NCBI GenBank assembly: GCA_964575755.1
Contig: CAZNRH010000001.1
Location: 115,347-179,346, forward strand
DNA: 64,000 nt
Reading direction: 5' to 3'
Source: an uncultured Candidatus Saccharibacteria bacterium
Lineage (GTDB): Bacteria > Patescibacteriota > Minisyncoccia > Phycocordibacterales > JABMNX01
Shown: piece after piece, positions 49,368 to 58,526 of the stretch
Numbering within the stretch: the first letter of the stretch is position 1
How the letters are laid out: each line of letters opens with the position of its first letter
Made by a program: the position numbers and the translations under genes
Notes under the pieces: generated by a model
Seen by the model: the letters and a program-made list of their open reading frames with translations, nothing else
What the model was told of the DNA's origin: nothing
Databases searched by the model: none

Positions 49368-50447
49368 ATGGATATTAAAAAGACTTTCAAAGACTATTTC
49401 GACAAGTTTTATAGATTATTTTCAAATGATATCGGCATAGATCTTGGTACAGCAAATACATTGGTTTACCTGCGTGGGCGTGGAGTGGTTATTAACGAAC
49501 CTTCTGTGGTTGCAGTTAATCAGAAGACAGGGCAAGTAGTCGCTGTTGGTAAACAAGCGAAAGAGATGTCTGGGCGTACACCAGGGCATATTGTAGCAAT
49601 ACAGCCGCTTGTTGAAGGCGTGGTTTCTGACTTTGAGGTAACAGAAGAAATGCTTGCGTATTTAATTAATAAAGCCCAAGAACACAGGCGAACTTTTCTG
49701 GGACCACGTGTGGTTATTGGCGTGCCATCTGGTATTACAAGTGTTGAAATAAGAGCAGTAAGAGACGCTGCAAGAAATGCAGGAGCGCGAGAAGTTCATA
49801 TTATAGAAGAGCCGATGGCTGCCGCAATAGGTATTAAGCTACCTGTACATGACCCCATTGGAAGTATGATAGTGGATATAGGTGGAGGTACTTGCGACGT
49901 GGCTATTATCTCACTTGGAGGCATAGTCCGATCTAAGAACATTCGAATAGCAGGAGATAAACTCAATCAGGATATTTCGAGCTACATTAGAAGTGAGTTT
50001 AAAATACTTATAGGAGACAAGACAGCAGAGGCACTTAAAATAAAAGCAGGTTCATTGGTTGAAGGTGATGAGCCGATTGAAGCTACTGTGCGAGGGCGTG
50101 ACCTTGTTACTGGACTACCAAGAGAAGTAATAATAACTGACGCAGACATACGTGAGGCAATCTCGGGCTCTATTAACCATCTCGTTGATGCTATTAAAGA
50201 AGTTCTTGAAACAACTCCACCTGAAATACTTTCTGATGTTATGCAAAGAGGTATGTATATTGCAGGCGGTGGGGCGTTAATTCAAGGCCTTTCAGAGGTT
50301 ATTGCAGAGTCAATTAACATACCAATATACGTGACCAGTGATCCGCTTACATCAGTTGTTCGTGGTACAGGTATTGTTCTTGAGGACATAGATAAATTTA
50401 AAGACATGCTAATAGAGAACGACAATGAGCTTACTCCAACAGAATAA
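49368..50447 (+). CDS. mreB: rod-shape-determining protein MreB (paralog 2, in the mreBCD-mrdA cluster)
   Basis: 359 aa; IGIDLGTANTLVY, DIGGGT. Confidence 0.9.
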   Translation: MDIKKTFKDYFDKFYRLFSNDIGIDLGTANTLVYLRGRGVVINEPSVVAVNQKTGQVVAVGKQAKEMSGRTPGHIVAIQPLVEGVVSDFEVTEEMLAYLINKAQEHRRTFLGPRVVIGVPSGITSVEIRAVRDAARNAGAREVHIIEEPMAAAIGIKLPVHDPIGSMIVDIGGGTCDVAIISLGGIVRSKNIRIAGDKLNQDISSYIRSEFKILIGDKTAEALKIKAGSLVEGDEPIEATVRGRDLVTGLPREVIITDADIREAISGSINHLVDAIKEVLETTPPEILSDVMQRGMYIAGGGALIQGLSEVIAESINIPIYVTSDPLTSVVRGTGIVLEDIDKFKDMLIENDNELTPTE

Positions 50448-51225
50448 TTTAAGTTTTAATAAAAGATCACGTTTTCCTAAACCATTACTTGTGGCTGTTG
50501 TTTTGATTATTATTATTTTAGTAAATGATTCTGCACTTGGATTTGTATCTAAAGTCACTTATTCAATAGGTGGTTCTATATGGAAGACTCAGTCGGTTGT
50601 GGTAAATACGTTTAATAATATTGCGACCGCATTCAAAGACAAACAAGGACTAGAAAGAAAGAATCAAACATTACATGAAGAGATTGATCGACTAGAACTT
50701 TCCTCTATATGGACGGAAGTTCTTCGGCAAGAAAATGATAGTCTGCGAGAATTACTTAATCGAGAAAGTGAGAAGAATTTCATAGCAGCCTCTATATTAA
50801 CAAGACCAAATCAGACACTCTATGACACATTTGTTGTTGATGTTGGCAGAAGAGACGGGGTTAATGTTGGGGCTCGTGTGTTTGGTGTTGAGAAAATAGC
50901 CATTGGCTCTGTCACAGAAGTATATTTAAGGACGTCTCTTATTAGTCTGTATTCATCACCTGGACGTTCAATTGATGTGCTTTTAGGTGATGAGTCTGTT
51001 TCTGTTAAAGCGGTTGGTCGCGGAGGTGGAGATTTTGAGGTGCGAGTTCCTCGTGGTGTGGATGTGTCAAAAGGTCAAGTGGTGCTCTCGCCAGGATTAG
51101 ATAATGGAGTTTTTGGCGTCGTGGAAGAAGTAGTTGCTCTACCAGCAGACTCTTTTCAAACAATTCTCTTCAGTAGTCCTATTAATATACAGTCACTTCG
51201 TATGGTTGCGATTATGTTACGATGA
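50425..51225 (+). CDS. mreC: rod-shape-determining protein MreC
   Basis: 266 aa; N-terminal TM, coiled coil, then two beta-rich domains; position between mreB and mreD. Confidence 0.75.
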   Translation: MSLLQQNNLSFNKRSRFPKPLLVAVVLIIIILVNDSALGFVSKVTYSIGGSIWKTQSVVVNTFNNIATAFKDKQGLERKNQTLHEEIDRLELSSIWTEVLRQENDSLRELLNRESEKNFIAASILTRPNQTLYDTFVVDVGRRDGVNVGARVFGVEKIAIGSVTEVYLRTSLISLYSSPGRSIDVLLGDESVSVKAVGRGGGDFEVRVPRGVDVSKGQVVLSPGLDNGVFGVVEEVVALPADSFQTILFSSPINIQSLRMVAIMLR

Positions 51226-51494
51226 TTCGTCACACTCTCATAACAATTTTATTTTTCTTAAGCATATTCATGTTTCCGTGGTATGTGACCGTATTTCTAG
51301 CTTTTGCTTTAATCGCAGTAGCGCCAGGGTACGAGATAATCATTGGTGGAATTGTTATTGATTTCTTATATGGGGTTGTGACGCCAAGCTTATTCTTTAG
51401 TCCATTTTCATTTACAGTGTTTTTTGTAATAGTATATATCTTAAGTCATTTTATAAAAAAGCGTTTAGTTTTTTATCAAAACAGTAGAGAGTAG
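51222..51494 (+). CDS. mreD: rod-shape-determining protein MreD-like small membrane protein
   Basis: 90 aa polytopic; overlaps the mreC stop; position. Confidence 0.5.
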   Translation: MIRHTLITILFFLSIFMFPWYVTVFLAFALIAVAPGYEIIIGGIVIDFLYGVVTPSLFFSPFSFTVFFVIVYILSHFIKKRLVFYQNSRE

Positions 51495-51525
51495 GAGTAT
51501 CCAAAAATGATACAATGGATTTATA

Positions 51526-53241
51526 ATGCACAGATATAGAATTAAAAAATTACTACGACGCTTGTTTAAAGGGTCTCAGAAGAGGGAAATTGAGCCAGAT
51601 GAAATATTTCTTGATTCGAGTAATTTACCACAGTTTGATAGAAATCAATTCGAAGGACGAATAGAAAAACCAATTGGTAAAAAAACACAACTTTTTGTTG
51701 CTGTTGTATTTTTCCTTGTTATGATTTTGTATATTGGACGTGTCTTTTCTCTGCAAATATACGATGGGGAGTCTTTTGCATATCTTAGTGAGAACAATCG
51801 TTTACGACATTCTATAATCTTTTCAGAGCGTGGTGTTTTATACGATAGAAATGATGTAGAGCTTGTGTGGAATGAGTCCGAGTCCAGCAATATAGAAGAA
51901 GAGTTTGCACTGCGTACGTATATTAAACTAAATGGACTTTCTCACGTTCTTGGATATATTGGATATCCTCTTAAGGATGTGTTAGGTAATTATTATCAAG
52001 ATGAGTTTATTGCTAAGGACGGAGCGGAATTATTTTTTGATGACAGACTTAAAGGTGTAAATGGTTTAGAGATAGTTGAAGTAGACGCACTTCAAGAAGT
52101 AAAATCAAAAAATACGATTCGTCCACCTAAAGACGGGGAGAGTATAACTCTATCAATAGACTCACGTTTAAATGAGGCCCTGTATAGGTTCTTAGGAGAA
52201 AGGGCAGAGAGGTCTGGCTTTGTTGGAGGTGCTGGAATACTTATGGATATAACAAACGGTGAGATTATTACGCTCGCAAGTTTTCCTGAGTTTAGTTCAC
52301 AGGTTCTAACTGATGGGAAACCAAGTGACACGATTGCGTCGTATGTAGAGGACGAGAGGAAGCCGTTTCTTAATCGTGTGATTTCAGGCTTGTATACACC
52401 TGGTTCTATTGTAAAGCCGATAGTGGCTATTGGGGCTCTATCAGAGGGTGTTATAACCCCAGAGAAAGAAATATTAAGTACAGGCTCCATTCGTCTTCCA
52501 CACCCATATATAGATGGTGTATATTCAGTATTCGTTGACTGGAAGGCTCACGGATATGTAAATATTCGTGAAGCAATAGCAAATTCTTCCAATATATATT
52601 TTTATGAAGTTGGTGGTGGCTTTGAAGACCAAGAAGGTATCGGGATTGATGGTATAAATAAATACGCGGAGCTGTTTGGACTAGGGAGAAGTACAGGGTC
52701 TATGTTTGACGACAGCAGTGGGATAATTCCAAATCCAGAATGGAAAGCAGAGATGTTTGATGGAGATGAGTGGCGTATAGGTGATACATATAACACAGCA
52801 ATAGGTCAGTATGGCTTTCAGGTAACACTAATTCAAATGGTCAGAGCGATAGGTGCCATAGCAAATGGCGGCATGTTGATGTCTCCAATTCTCGAAAAAG
52901 GAGAAGCTGTTACGTATGAATCAGTTAAGATTGATGACGAAATATTACAAATAATTAGAGAGGGAATGCGCATGGGTGTTGATAGCGGGATAGTAAAGGC
53001 TCTTAATACTCCTTATGTAAAAGTCGCAGCGAAGACGGGCACAGCTCAACTTGGTGTTTCTAAGAAGTTTGTGAATTCGTGGGTGGTTGGATTTTTCCCA
53101 TATGAAAAGCCTAAATATGCTTTTGCAATTATTATGGAAAAGGGTCCTGAGCATAATCTTATTGGAGCATCTTCTGTAATGCGTGAGTACATTGAGTGGA
53201 TTAACACACACGCGCCAGAGTATTTTAATACTGTCAATTGA
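51526..53241 (+). CDS. mrdA: penicillin-binding protein 2 (peptidoglycan D,D-transpeptidase MrdA)
   Basis: 571 aa; N-terminal TM; transpeptidase motifs SIVKP (SxxK), SSN, KTGTA. Confidence 0.85.
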   Translation: MHRYRIKKLLRRLFKGSQKREIEPDEIFLDSSNLPQFDRNQFEGRIEKPIGKKTQLFVAVVFFLVMILYIGRVFSLQIYDGESFAYLSENNRLRHSIIFSERGVLYDRNDVELVWNESESSNIEEEFALRTYIKLNGLSHVLGYIGYPLKDVLGNYYQDEFIAKDGAELFFDDRLKGVNGLEIVEVDALQEVKSKNTIRPPKDGESITLSIDSRLNEALYRFLGERAERSGFVGGAGILMDITNGEIITLASFPEFSSQVLTDGKPSDTIASYVEDERKPFLNRVISGLYTPGSIVKPIVAIGALSEGVITPEKEILSTGSIRLPHPYIDGVYSVFVDWKAHGYVNIREAIANSSNIYFYEVGGGFEDQEGIGIDGINKYAELFGLGRSTGSMFDDSSGIIPNPEWKAEMFDGDEWRIGDTYNTAIGQYGFQVTLIQMVRAIGAIANGGMLMSPILEKGEAVTYESVKIDDEILQIIREGMRMGVDSGIVKALNTPYVKVAAKTGTAQLGVSKKFVNSWVVGFFPYEKPKYAFAIIMEKGPEHNLIGASSVMREYIEWINTHAPEYFNTVN

Positions 53242-53358
53242 CTCTTTTTTTATAGCTAGTACAATTCTTTTAAATTATTAGTGACATGTTTGCTTACAAA
53301 GTAATAAGATAATATAAATTAACACTTCGTAGTATTATTGCGAAAATTCTTTATACTC

Positions 53359-53826
53359 ATGACTGACAATAACAACTATCTAACACAAGAAAAATTCGAG
53401 GAGCTAACAAAAGAGCTTGAATATTTAAAGACAGAAAAACGAAAAGAAATCGCAGATAGTTTAGAGTATGCACGTTCGCTTGGGGATCTTTCTGAGAATG
53501 CTGAATATCAAGAAGCACGTGAAATGCAGGCTTCAACAGAAGATCGCATAAAACAATTCGAAGAAATCTTAAAAGATCCACAAATTGTTTCTCATAAAAA
53601 AAGTGACATAGTGGGGCTCGGCTCAACAGTCGTAATCAAAAAGGACGGAGGTAAGGATACCCACGAGTACCATATCGTTGGTTCAGAGGAAGCAGATATG
53701 CAAGAGCGAAAGATTTCGTACAACTCTCCACTAGGAGACGCAATGATGGGTAAGAAGAAGGGAGAAGAATTTACATTTGAGACTCCAAACGGAAAGCAGG
53801 ATTATAAGATTAAGTCTGTTGTCTAA
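53359..53826 (+). CDS. greA: transcription elongation factor GreA
   Basis: N-terminal coiled-coil with acidic tip (LGDLSENAEYQEA), C-terminal FKBP-like domain; ATG at 53359. Confidence 0.9.
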   Translation: MTDNNNYLTQEKFEELTKELEYLKTEKRKEIADSLEYARSLGDLSENAEYQEAREMQASTEDRIKQFEEILKDPQIVSHKKSDIVGLGSTVVIKKDGGKDTHEYHIVGSEEADMQERKISYNSPLGDAMMGKKKGEEFTFETPNGKQDYKIKSVV

Positions 53827-53985
53827 GGGTCGCTCGCTATTACATTTTAGAAACACACATAAGCCCCCAACGGGGGCTTTGCTATGCTCGGCACACGATT
53901 CCGTCGCTGTTGCTGAGGCAACATATGAGCGACGGACACCGTGCTGCGTGTGCCTGCGCAATGTTTCTAAAATGTAACAGCTCGC
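53827..53985 (+). repeat. TIR-bounded structured element 2 (starts at the greA stop with TAAGGGTCGCTCG; terminal inverted repeats ttacattttagaaaca / tgtttctaaaatgtaa; internal GC hairpins gcccccaacgggggc and gtcgc...gcgac)
   Basis: Seen directly. Confidence 0.55.
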
Positions 53986-54029
53986 TTAAATGGAAAATGT
54001 GCTGTGAATTTTTGTAAATGAAAAAATTG

Positions 54030-54062
54030 CCGCTCCTGAAGGGCGGCAATGAAGGTGGTCAA
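54030..54062 (-). terminator. terminator of the membrane-protein gene (attgccgc-tcctgaag-ggcggcaat plus T-run on the minus strand)
   Basis: Seen directly. Confidence 0.65.
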
Positions 54063-54068
54063 ATCTGG

Positions 54069-54518
54069 CTAGTTTATTTGGAGAATTGGTTTCTTGCGAA
54101 ATCCTTGGATGAATGAAAGGACTGCGAGAGCAATTCCCGTGATACCCGTGACCCACATAACGTTTCTTGTTTCGATATGTGGATAATCGTACCAGAAGAT
54201 CGATGGTGCACCAATCAGAAGACTTATTCCAATGGTGTACCAGAGCCAGTGTGGTTTGGCATTTCTCCACAGAGAGTCATTTTTGATGATGTACTGCCAC
54301 ATAAATCGCGTGACGCACTTCATCATCAATAGCATAATCCACAAAATGTGCCCGACGGCCCACATAAAGAACACTATTCCCGTACTGAAGGAAATGCCGA
54401 AACCAAGCGCATCTCGCACCTCGCGGTCATGCTCAGGTGTTTGTAGCGCCACCAAAAAGAAACCAAAAACAAGTACAATACCCACGACAAAGCAAGACCA
54501 GTTCCAAATTCGATACAT
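54069..54518 (-). CDS. hypothetical polytopic membrane protein
   Basis: 149 aa; four predicted TM helices; Trp-rich. Confidence 0.45.
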   Translation of the reverse strand: MYRIWNWSCFVVGIVLVFGFFLVALQTPEHDREVRDALGFGISFSTGIVFFMWAVGHILWIMLLMMKCVTRFMWQYIIKNDSLWRNAKPHWLWYTIGISLLIGAPSIFWYDYPHIETRNVMWVTGITGIALAVLSFIQGFRKKPILQIN

Positions 54519-54629
54519 GACATACCCCCAATTGAAAATTTCGACAATGAAGCTAAATTTAATGTATCACGACCAAGCTCTTGTGTCAAGTGTATAGGTT
54601 TTCTTTGTTAATACGGTACAATAGTCATT

Positions 54630-56210
54630 ATGTTTTGGGCAGATACAATAACTGAAAAGTTTGTTACAAGTAGAAAGAAAATAATTGATTCCAAGGAGTC
54701 AGTTGTAATTCGTGATGAAAAAACTGCATCTGGGAGGATGCTTATTAGTGCTATGCGTGGAGCTGTAATTCACGGAATTCTTTCAGAAATTTTCTCTGAA
54801 AGTAAACTGTCTCACCAATTTCTTTGGGAGATAAATGATACAGATGCGTTTAGAAAAGTCCCAAAGAATCTTGATGAAAAGAAATATCAAAAATATCTTG
54901 GTATGCCGTTGTATGCTCTACCGTCACCAAAAGAAAGTTCAGAGAACTACCCAGAATTCTTTGCACAAGAATTTACTGATGTTATGGAGCATCTTGGTTT
55001 TGCGCCGACATATTATAGGTCAAGTACGGCGTATAAAGAAGGGAAGTTTAACGACACTATTAAAACAGCGCTTGAGAACGCAGAATTGATAAGGAAGATT
55101 TATAGAGAAGTGTCGGGATCTGAAAAACCTTCGGACTGGCTTCCTCTTTTTGTCGTGTGTGAAAAGTGTGGCAAAATTGGGACAACTAAGACTGTAGCTT
55201 TTGACGGGGAGAAAGTAACGTACGTATGTGAGAAAGATATCGTTGAATGGGCACAAGGATGTGGATACAAAGGCTCAGTATCTCCATTTAATGGTAATGC
55301 AACTTTACCGTGGAAGGTTGAGTGGGCAGCAAAGTTTAAAGTATTTGAAGTTGATATGGAGGGTGGAGGTAAAGATCTTTCGACCAAAGGGGGTGCTCGT
55401 GATGTTTCTAATCACATTGCACGAGAAGTATTTGATTATCAGCCACCGTTTGATATACCGTATGAGTTCTTTCTTACAGATGGTAAGAAGATGTCTACTT
55501 CAAAAGGTAATGCACCAGCTGCATATGATGTCATATCTATTCTACCATCACACATTTATCGTCTTGTTTTTTTGGGTAAGAATTATAAGCAAGCAATAGA
55601 ATTCAATCTAAAAGGTGAGACGGTACCAACTCTATTTGATACATATGACAGGCTTGCTGAAAAGTATACAGCTGGAATAAAGGATGACGACACTAGGTTG
55701 TTCTCTCTTATTCACAAAAAAAGAAAAATAACATCTAGATTTCTTCCACGTTTTTCTCAGATTGTATTTTTAGTACAGATGCCTCACATGAATGTTGAAG
55801 AAGAAGTATCTAGTATTAAAGGTTCAAAATTAACTGATGAAGACAAGAAAGAGCTTGAAGAGCGTGTTGTGTACGCTCGTCAGTGGATTGAGAAATATGC
55901 GCCAGAGAGATATGTATTTGAGCTTCAGTTAGAAAAAGCACCAGAAGAAACAAAAAACTTTTCAAGTATGCAGAAAGATGCACTAAAAAGAGTACTAGAA
56001 GAAATTAAGAAGATGAAAAAATTAGACGGGCAAGATCTACATACAGCTCTCCATGATATAAGGAAAGAAACAGACATAGAACCGAAGGAGTTTTTCAGTG
56101 CGATTTACATAACATTTCTTGGTAAAGAGAGTGGCCCAAAAGTAGGTTGGTTTTTAAGCGTGCTAGATAGGGGATTTCTAGAAAGTCGTTTAGAGGAAGT
56201 AAGTAAATAA
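54630..56210 (+). CDS. lysK: lysine--tRNA ligase, class I
   Basis: 526 aa; class I Rossmann-fold aaRS with KMSTSKG (KMSKS) motif and a zinc-binding Cys cluster CEKCGK...C; no class II motifs. Confidence 0.75.
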   Translation: MFWADTITEKFVTSRKKIIDSKESVVIRDEKTASGRMLISAMRGAVIHGILSEIFSESKLSHQFLWEINDTDAFRKVPKNLDEKKYQKYLGMPLYALPSPKESSENYPEFFAQEFTDVMEHLGFAPTYYRSSTAYKEGKFNDTIKTALENAELIRKIYREVSGSEKPSDWLPLFVVCEKCGKIGTTKTVAFDGEKVTYVCEKDIVEWAQGCGYKGSVSPFNGNATLPWKVEWAAKFKVFEVDMEGGGKDLSTKGGARDVSNHIAREVFDYQPPFDIPYEFFLTDGKKMSTSKGNAPAAYDVISILPSHIYRLVFLGKNYKQAIEFNLKGETVPTLFDTYDRLAEKYTAGIKDDDTRLFSLIHKKRKITSRFLPRFSQIVFLVQMPHMNVEEEVSSIKGSKLTDEDKKELEERVVYARQWIEKYAPERYVFELQLEKAPEETKNFSSMQKDALKRVLEEIKKMKKLDGQDLHTALHDIRKETDIEPKEFFSAIYITFLGKESGPKVGWFLSVLDRGFLESRLEEVSK

Positions 56211-56232
56211 ACAGCCAGAGTACTCAAGCCGT

Positions 56233-56757
56233 TTAATTATCCCAAAGGGAATCATCATATTCGATTCGATCAAATGTTTCTTCATCTTCTCCTGGAGTTC
56301 CTTTAATTTTAAAATGTATATGAGCGGAGACTTTTTCTCCATTAAATACTTTTTCCATCCATATTGAGTCAGCCTTCCACATTTCATCATATGGAATTTT
56401 TTTAAGTGTATGCCACTGCGGTATCATTTCATCTGTCTCAGTGACTTCTCCAACCCAATCTCGCACTAAGTATGAATGCATCAGAAACTTAGGTTCATCA
56501 TTAAAATAAAATTTAAGCACTGCGACTTTTTCTAAATCTTCTTCGTGTGCGCATAACCCACACTCTTCTTCGAGTTCACGTACAGTAGCTTCTTCAGGGG
56601 TTTCTCCTTCTTTAATTTTGCCACCAAAACCATTCCATTTTCCGGCACCGAAACGCACCTTTTTCCTTCCTAGAAGTATTTTTGAGTTTGTAATAGGTAT
56701 ACATAGAGTTGCGTGTTTCATTGTCTTTATAATGACGCTTTTTCTAATGTATTTCAA
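56233..56757 (-). CDS. NUDIX hydrolase
   Basis: Nudix box GFGGKIKEGETPEEATVRELEEECGL. Confidence 0.85.
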   Translation of the reverse strand: MKYIRKSVIIKTMKHATLCIPITNSKILLGRKKVRFGAGKWNGFGGKIKEGETPEEATVRELEEECGLCAHEEDLEKVAVLKFYFNDEPKFLMHSYLVRDWVGEVTETDEMIPQWHTLKKIPYDEMWKADSIWMEKVFNGEKVSAHIHFKIKGTPGEDEETFDRIEYDDSLWDN

Positions 56758-56862
56758 CCTACATGTCTCAAAAAAGCGGTGTGGATAAATGGTTTCATAG
56801 AGTGGGGCAAAGTGTAGTATAATGTGCTCATGGTGGGAAGAAGTGGGAAAGTAGAAAATAGC

Positions 56863-57297
56863 ATGCTAATAGGAGAATACACTCATTCATTAGATACAAA
56901 AAAGCGGTTGTCTCTACCAAAAAAGTTCCGTACAGAACTTGGAAAGAAGGTAGTTGTAACGCGTGGATTAGATAACTGCCTTTTTATGTATCCGATGTTA
57001 CAGTGGAAAGAAACAGCAAAGAAATTACAAAATCTTTCATTTACTCAAGCAGATACCCGCGGATTTAACCGCTTTATGCTATCAGGTGCAGTCGAAGTAG
57101 AGATCGATTCAGTTGGACGTATTTTAGTTCCAGAATATCTAAAGGATTTTGCAGGACTCAAGACGAAAGTGGTTCTAGCAGGAGTTCAAGACAGGGTAGA
57201 GATTTGGAATGAAAAATCATGGACACAGTATAAGGCAATGATAGAAAAGCAGGCAGATGCTATGGCAGAGAAGTTGGGGGAAATAGGAGCTCTCTAA
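56863..57297 (+). CDS. mraZ: transcriptional regulator MraZ
   Basis: MLIGEYTHSLDTKKRLSLPKKFR aligns to the MraZ N-terminus; duplicated MraZ domain; heads the dcw cluster. Confidence 0.85.
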   Translation: MLIGEYTHSLDTKKRLSLPKKFRTELGKKVVVTRGLDNCLFMYPMLQWKETAKKLQNLSFTQADTRGFNRFMLSGAVEVEIDSVGRILVPEYLKDFAGLKTKVVLAGVQDRVEIWNEKSWTQYKAMIEKQADAMAEKLGEIGAL

Positions 57298-57306
57298 TCT
57301 AGTCAT

Positions 57307-58197
57307 ATGCATACAACAGTTCTTTTACAAGAAGTTATAGATACGTTAGACATCAAAGAATATGATGTTGTTTTAGATGCCACTTTCGGCGGCGGCGGAC
57401 ACAGTAGGGCAGTTATAGACAAGTTAGGCAAGGAGGGTGTGCTTATTGGAATAGATACTGACGCAGGTGCATTAGAATCTCAGAAAGAACTACTATCCAG
57501 TAGTAAAGGCACTGTATATTTAAAGCAGTCAAACTTTCGCAATCTAGACGTTGTCCTAAATAATCTTGGCATTAGCAAAGTAGACAAGTTTATCTTTGAT
57601 TTAGGCTTTAGCTCAACTCAACTTGAAGAGGGCGGACGAGGGATAAGTTTCCAGAAAGATGAACCGCTTCTAATGACATTATCCGACAAGGTAACAGAAG
57701 AAACTCTTACAGCTAAACGTATCGTAAATGAGTGGGACGAAGAGAGTATAGAGGTCGTACTTCGTGGATATGGAGAAGAGAGTTTTTCAAAGCAAATTGC
57801 AGAAGCAATTATAGAAGCTCGAAAGGAGGAAGAGATTGAAACAACTTTCGACCTAATAGAGATAATTGAAAAAGCTACACCGCAGTGGTATCAAAAGAAA
57901 CGAATCAATCCTGCCACAAAAACATTTCAAGCACTTCGTATTGCAGTAAACGATGAAATCGAAACCGTAAAGGAAGGACTTGAAAAAGCTTGTTCATTTC
58001 TTAGTCCAAGTGGACGTATAGCAGTTATATCTTTTCATAGTATTGAAGACAGGGTTGTTAAGAGAACATTTCAAACATGGAAGAGAGATGGATTAGGAAA
58101 ACAAGATCCTAAAAAACTAATAACAGCAACAAGAGAGGAAATAAAAGAAAACCCACGTTCACGAAGCGCAAAACTACGTGTATTCAAAAAAACATGA
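57307..58197 (+). CDS. rsmH: 16S rRNA (cytosine1402-N4)-methyltransferase
   Basis: LDATFGGGGHS SAM-binding motif; FDLGFSSTQLE. Confidence 0.92.
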   Translation: MHTTVLLQEVIDTLDIKEYDVVLDATFGGGGHSRAVIDKLGKEGVLIGIDTDAGALESQKELLSSSKGTVYLKQSNFRNLDVVLNNLGISKVDKFIFDLGFSSTQLEEGGRGISFQKDEPLLMTLSDKVTEETLTAKRIVNEWDEESIEVVLRGYGEESFSKQIAEAIIEARKEEEIETTFDLIEIIEKATPQWYQKKRINPATKTFQALRIAVNDEIETVKEGLEKACSFLSPSGRIAVISFHSIEDRVVKRTFQTWKRDGLGKQDPKKLITATREEIKENPRSRSAKLRVFKKT

Positions 58198-58526
58198 AAT
58201 TAACAAAAAACATCTCATATAAACTACATGGAATAGAGCGAAAGCTCTGCATCAGTTTTATGATGTTAATTGTTGCTCTTTTTGGGCTTTATATATACTT
58301 TGTGGGTAAGTCCATTGTAAACGTTGTTGTTCGAGAAGAAGTAGAAATGAATATAGCCGAAGTAAACTCTGAAATCGCTGATCTTGAGCTCAAATATATA
58401 ACAAAGAAAGGTACTATCAACATGGTTCTTGCAAAGGAGATGGGCTTTAATCTTATTTCAAAGAAGATATTTATAAACAAAGGTACGCTTATGGGTGGAA
58501 GCCTGACACAGCGAAATGCGATCTAG
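58194..58526 (+). CDS. ftsL: cell division protein FtsL-like
   Basis: 110 aa; single TM then a short coiled coil; position between rsmH and ftsI. Confidence 0.6.
   Translation: MKLTKNISYKLHGIERKLCISFMMLIVALFGLYIYFVGKSIVNVVVREEVEMNIAEVNSEIADLELKYITKKGTINMVLAKEMGFNLISKKIFINKGTLMGGSLTQRNAI

Noticed and set aside
53986-54270. Alternative minus-strand ORF overlapping the 3' part of the membrane-protein gene
   Set aside because: The longer ORF 54069..54518 encodes a coherent four-TM protein; the overlapping frame is low-complexity.
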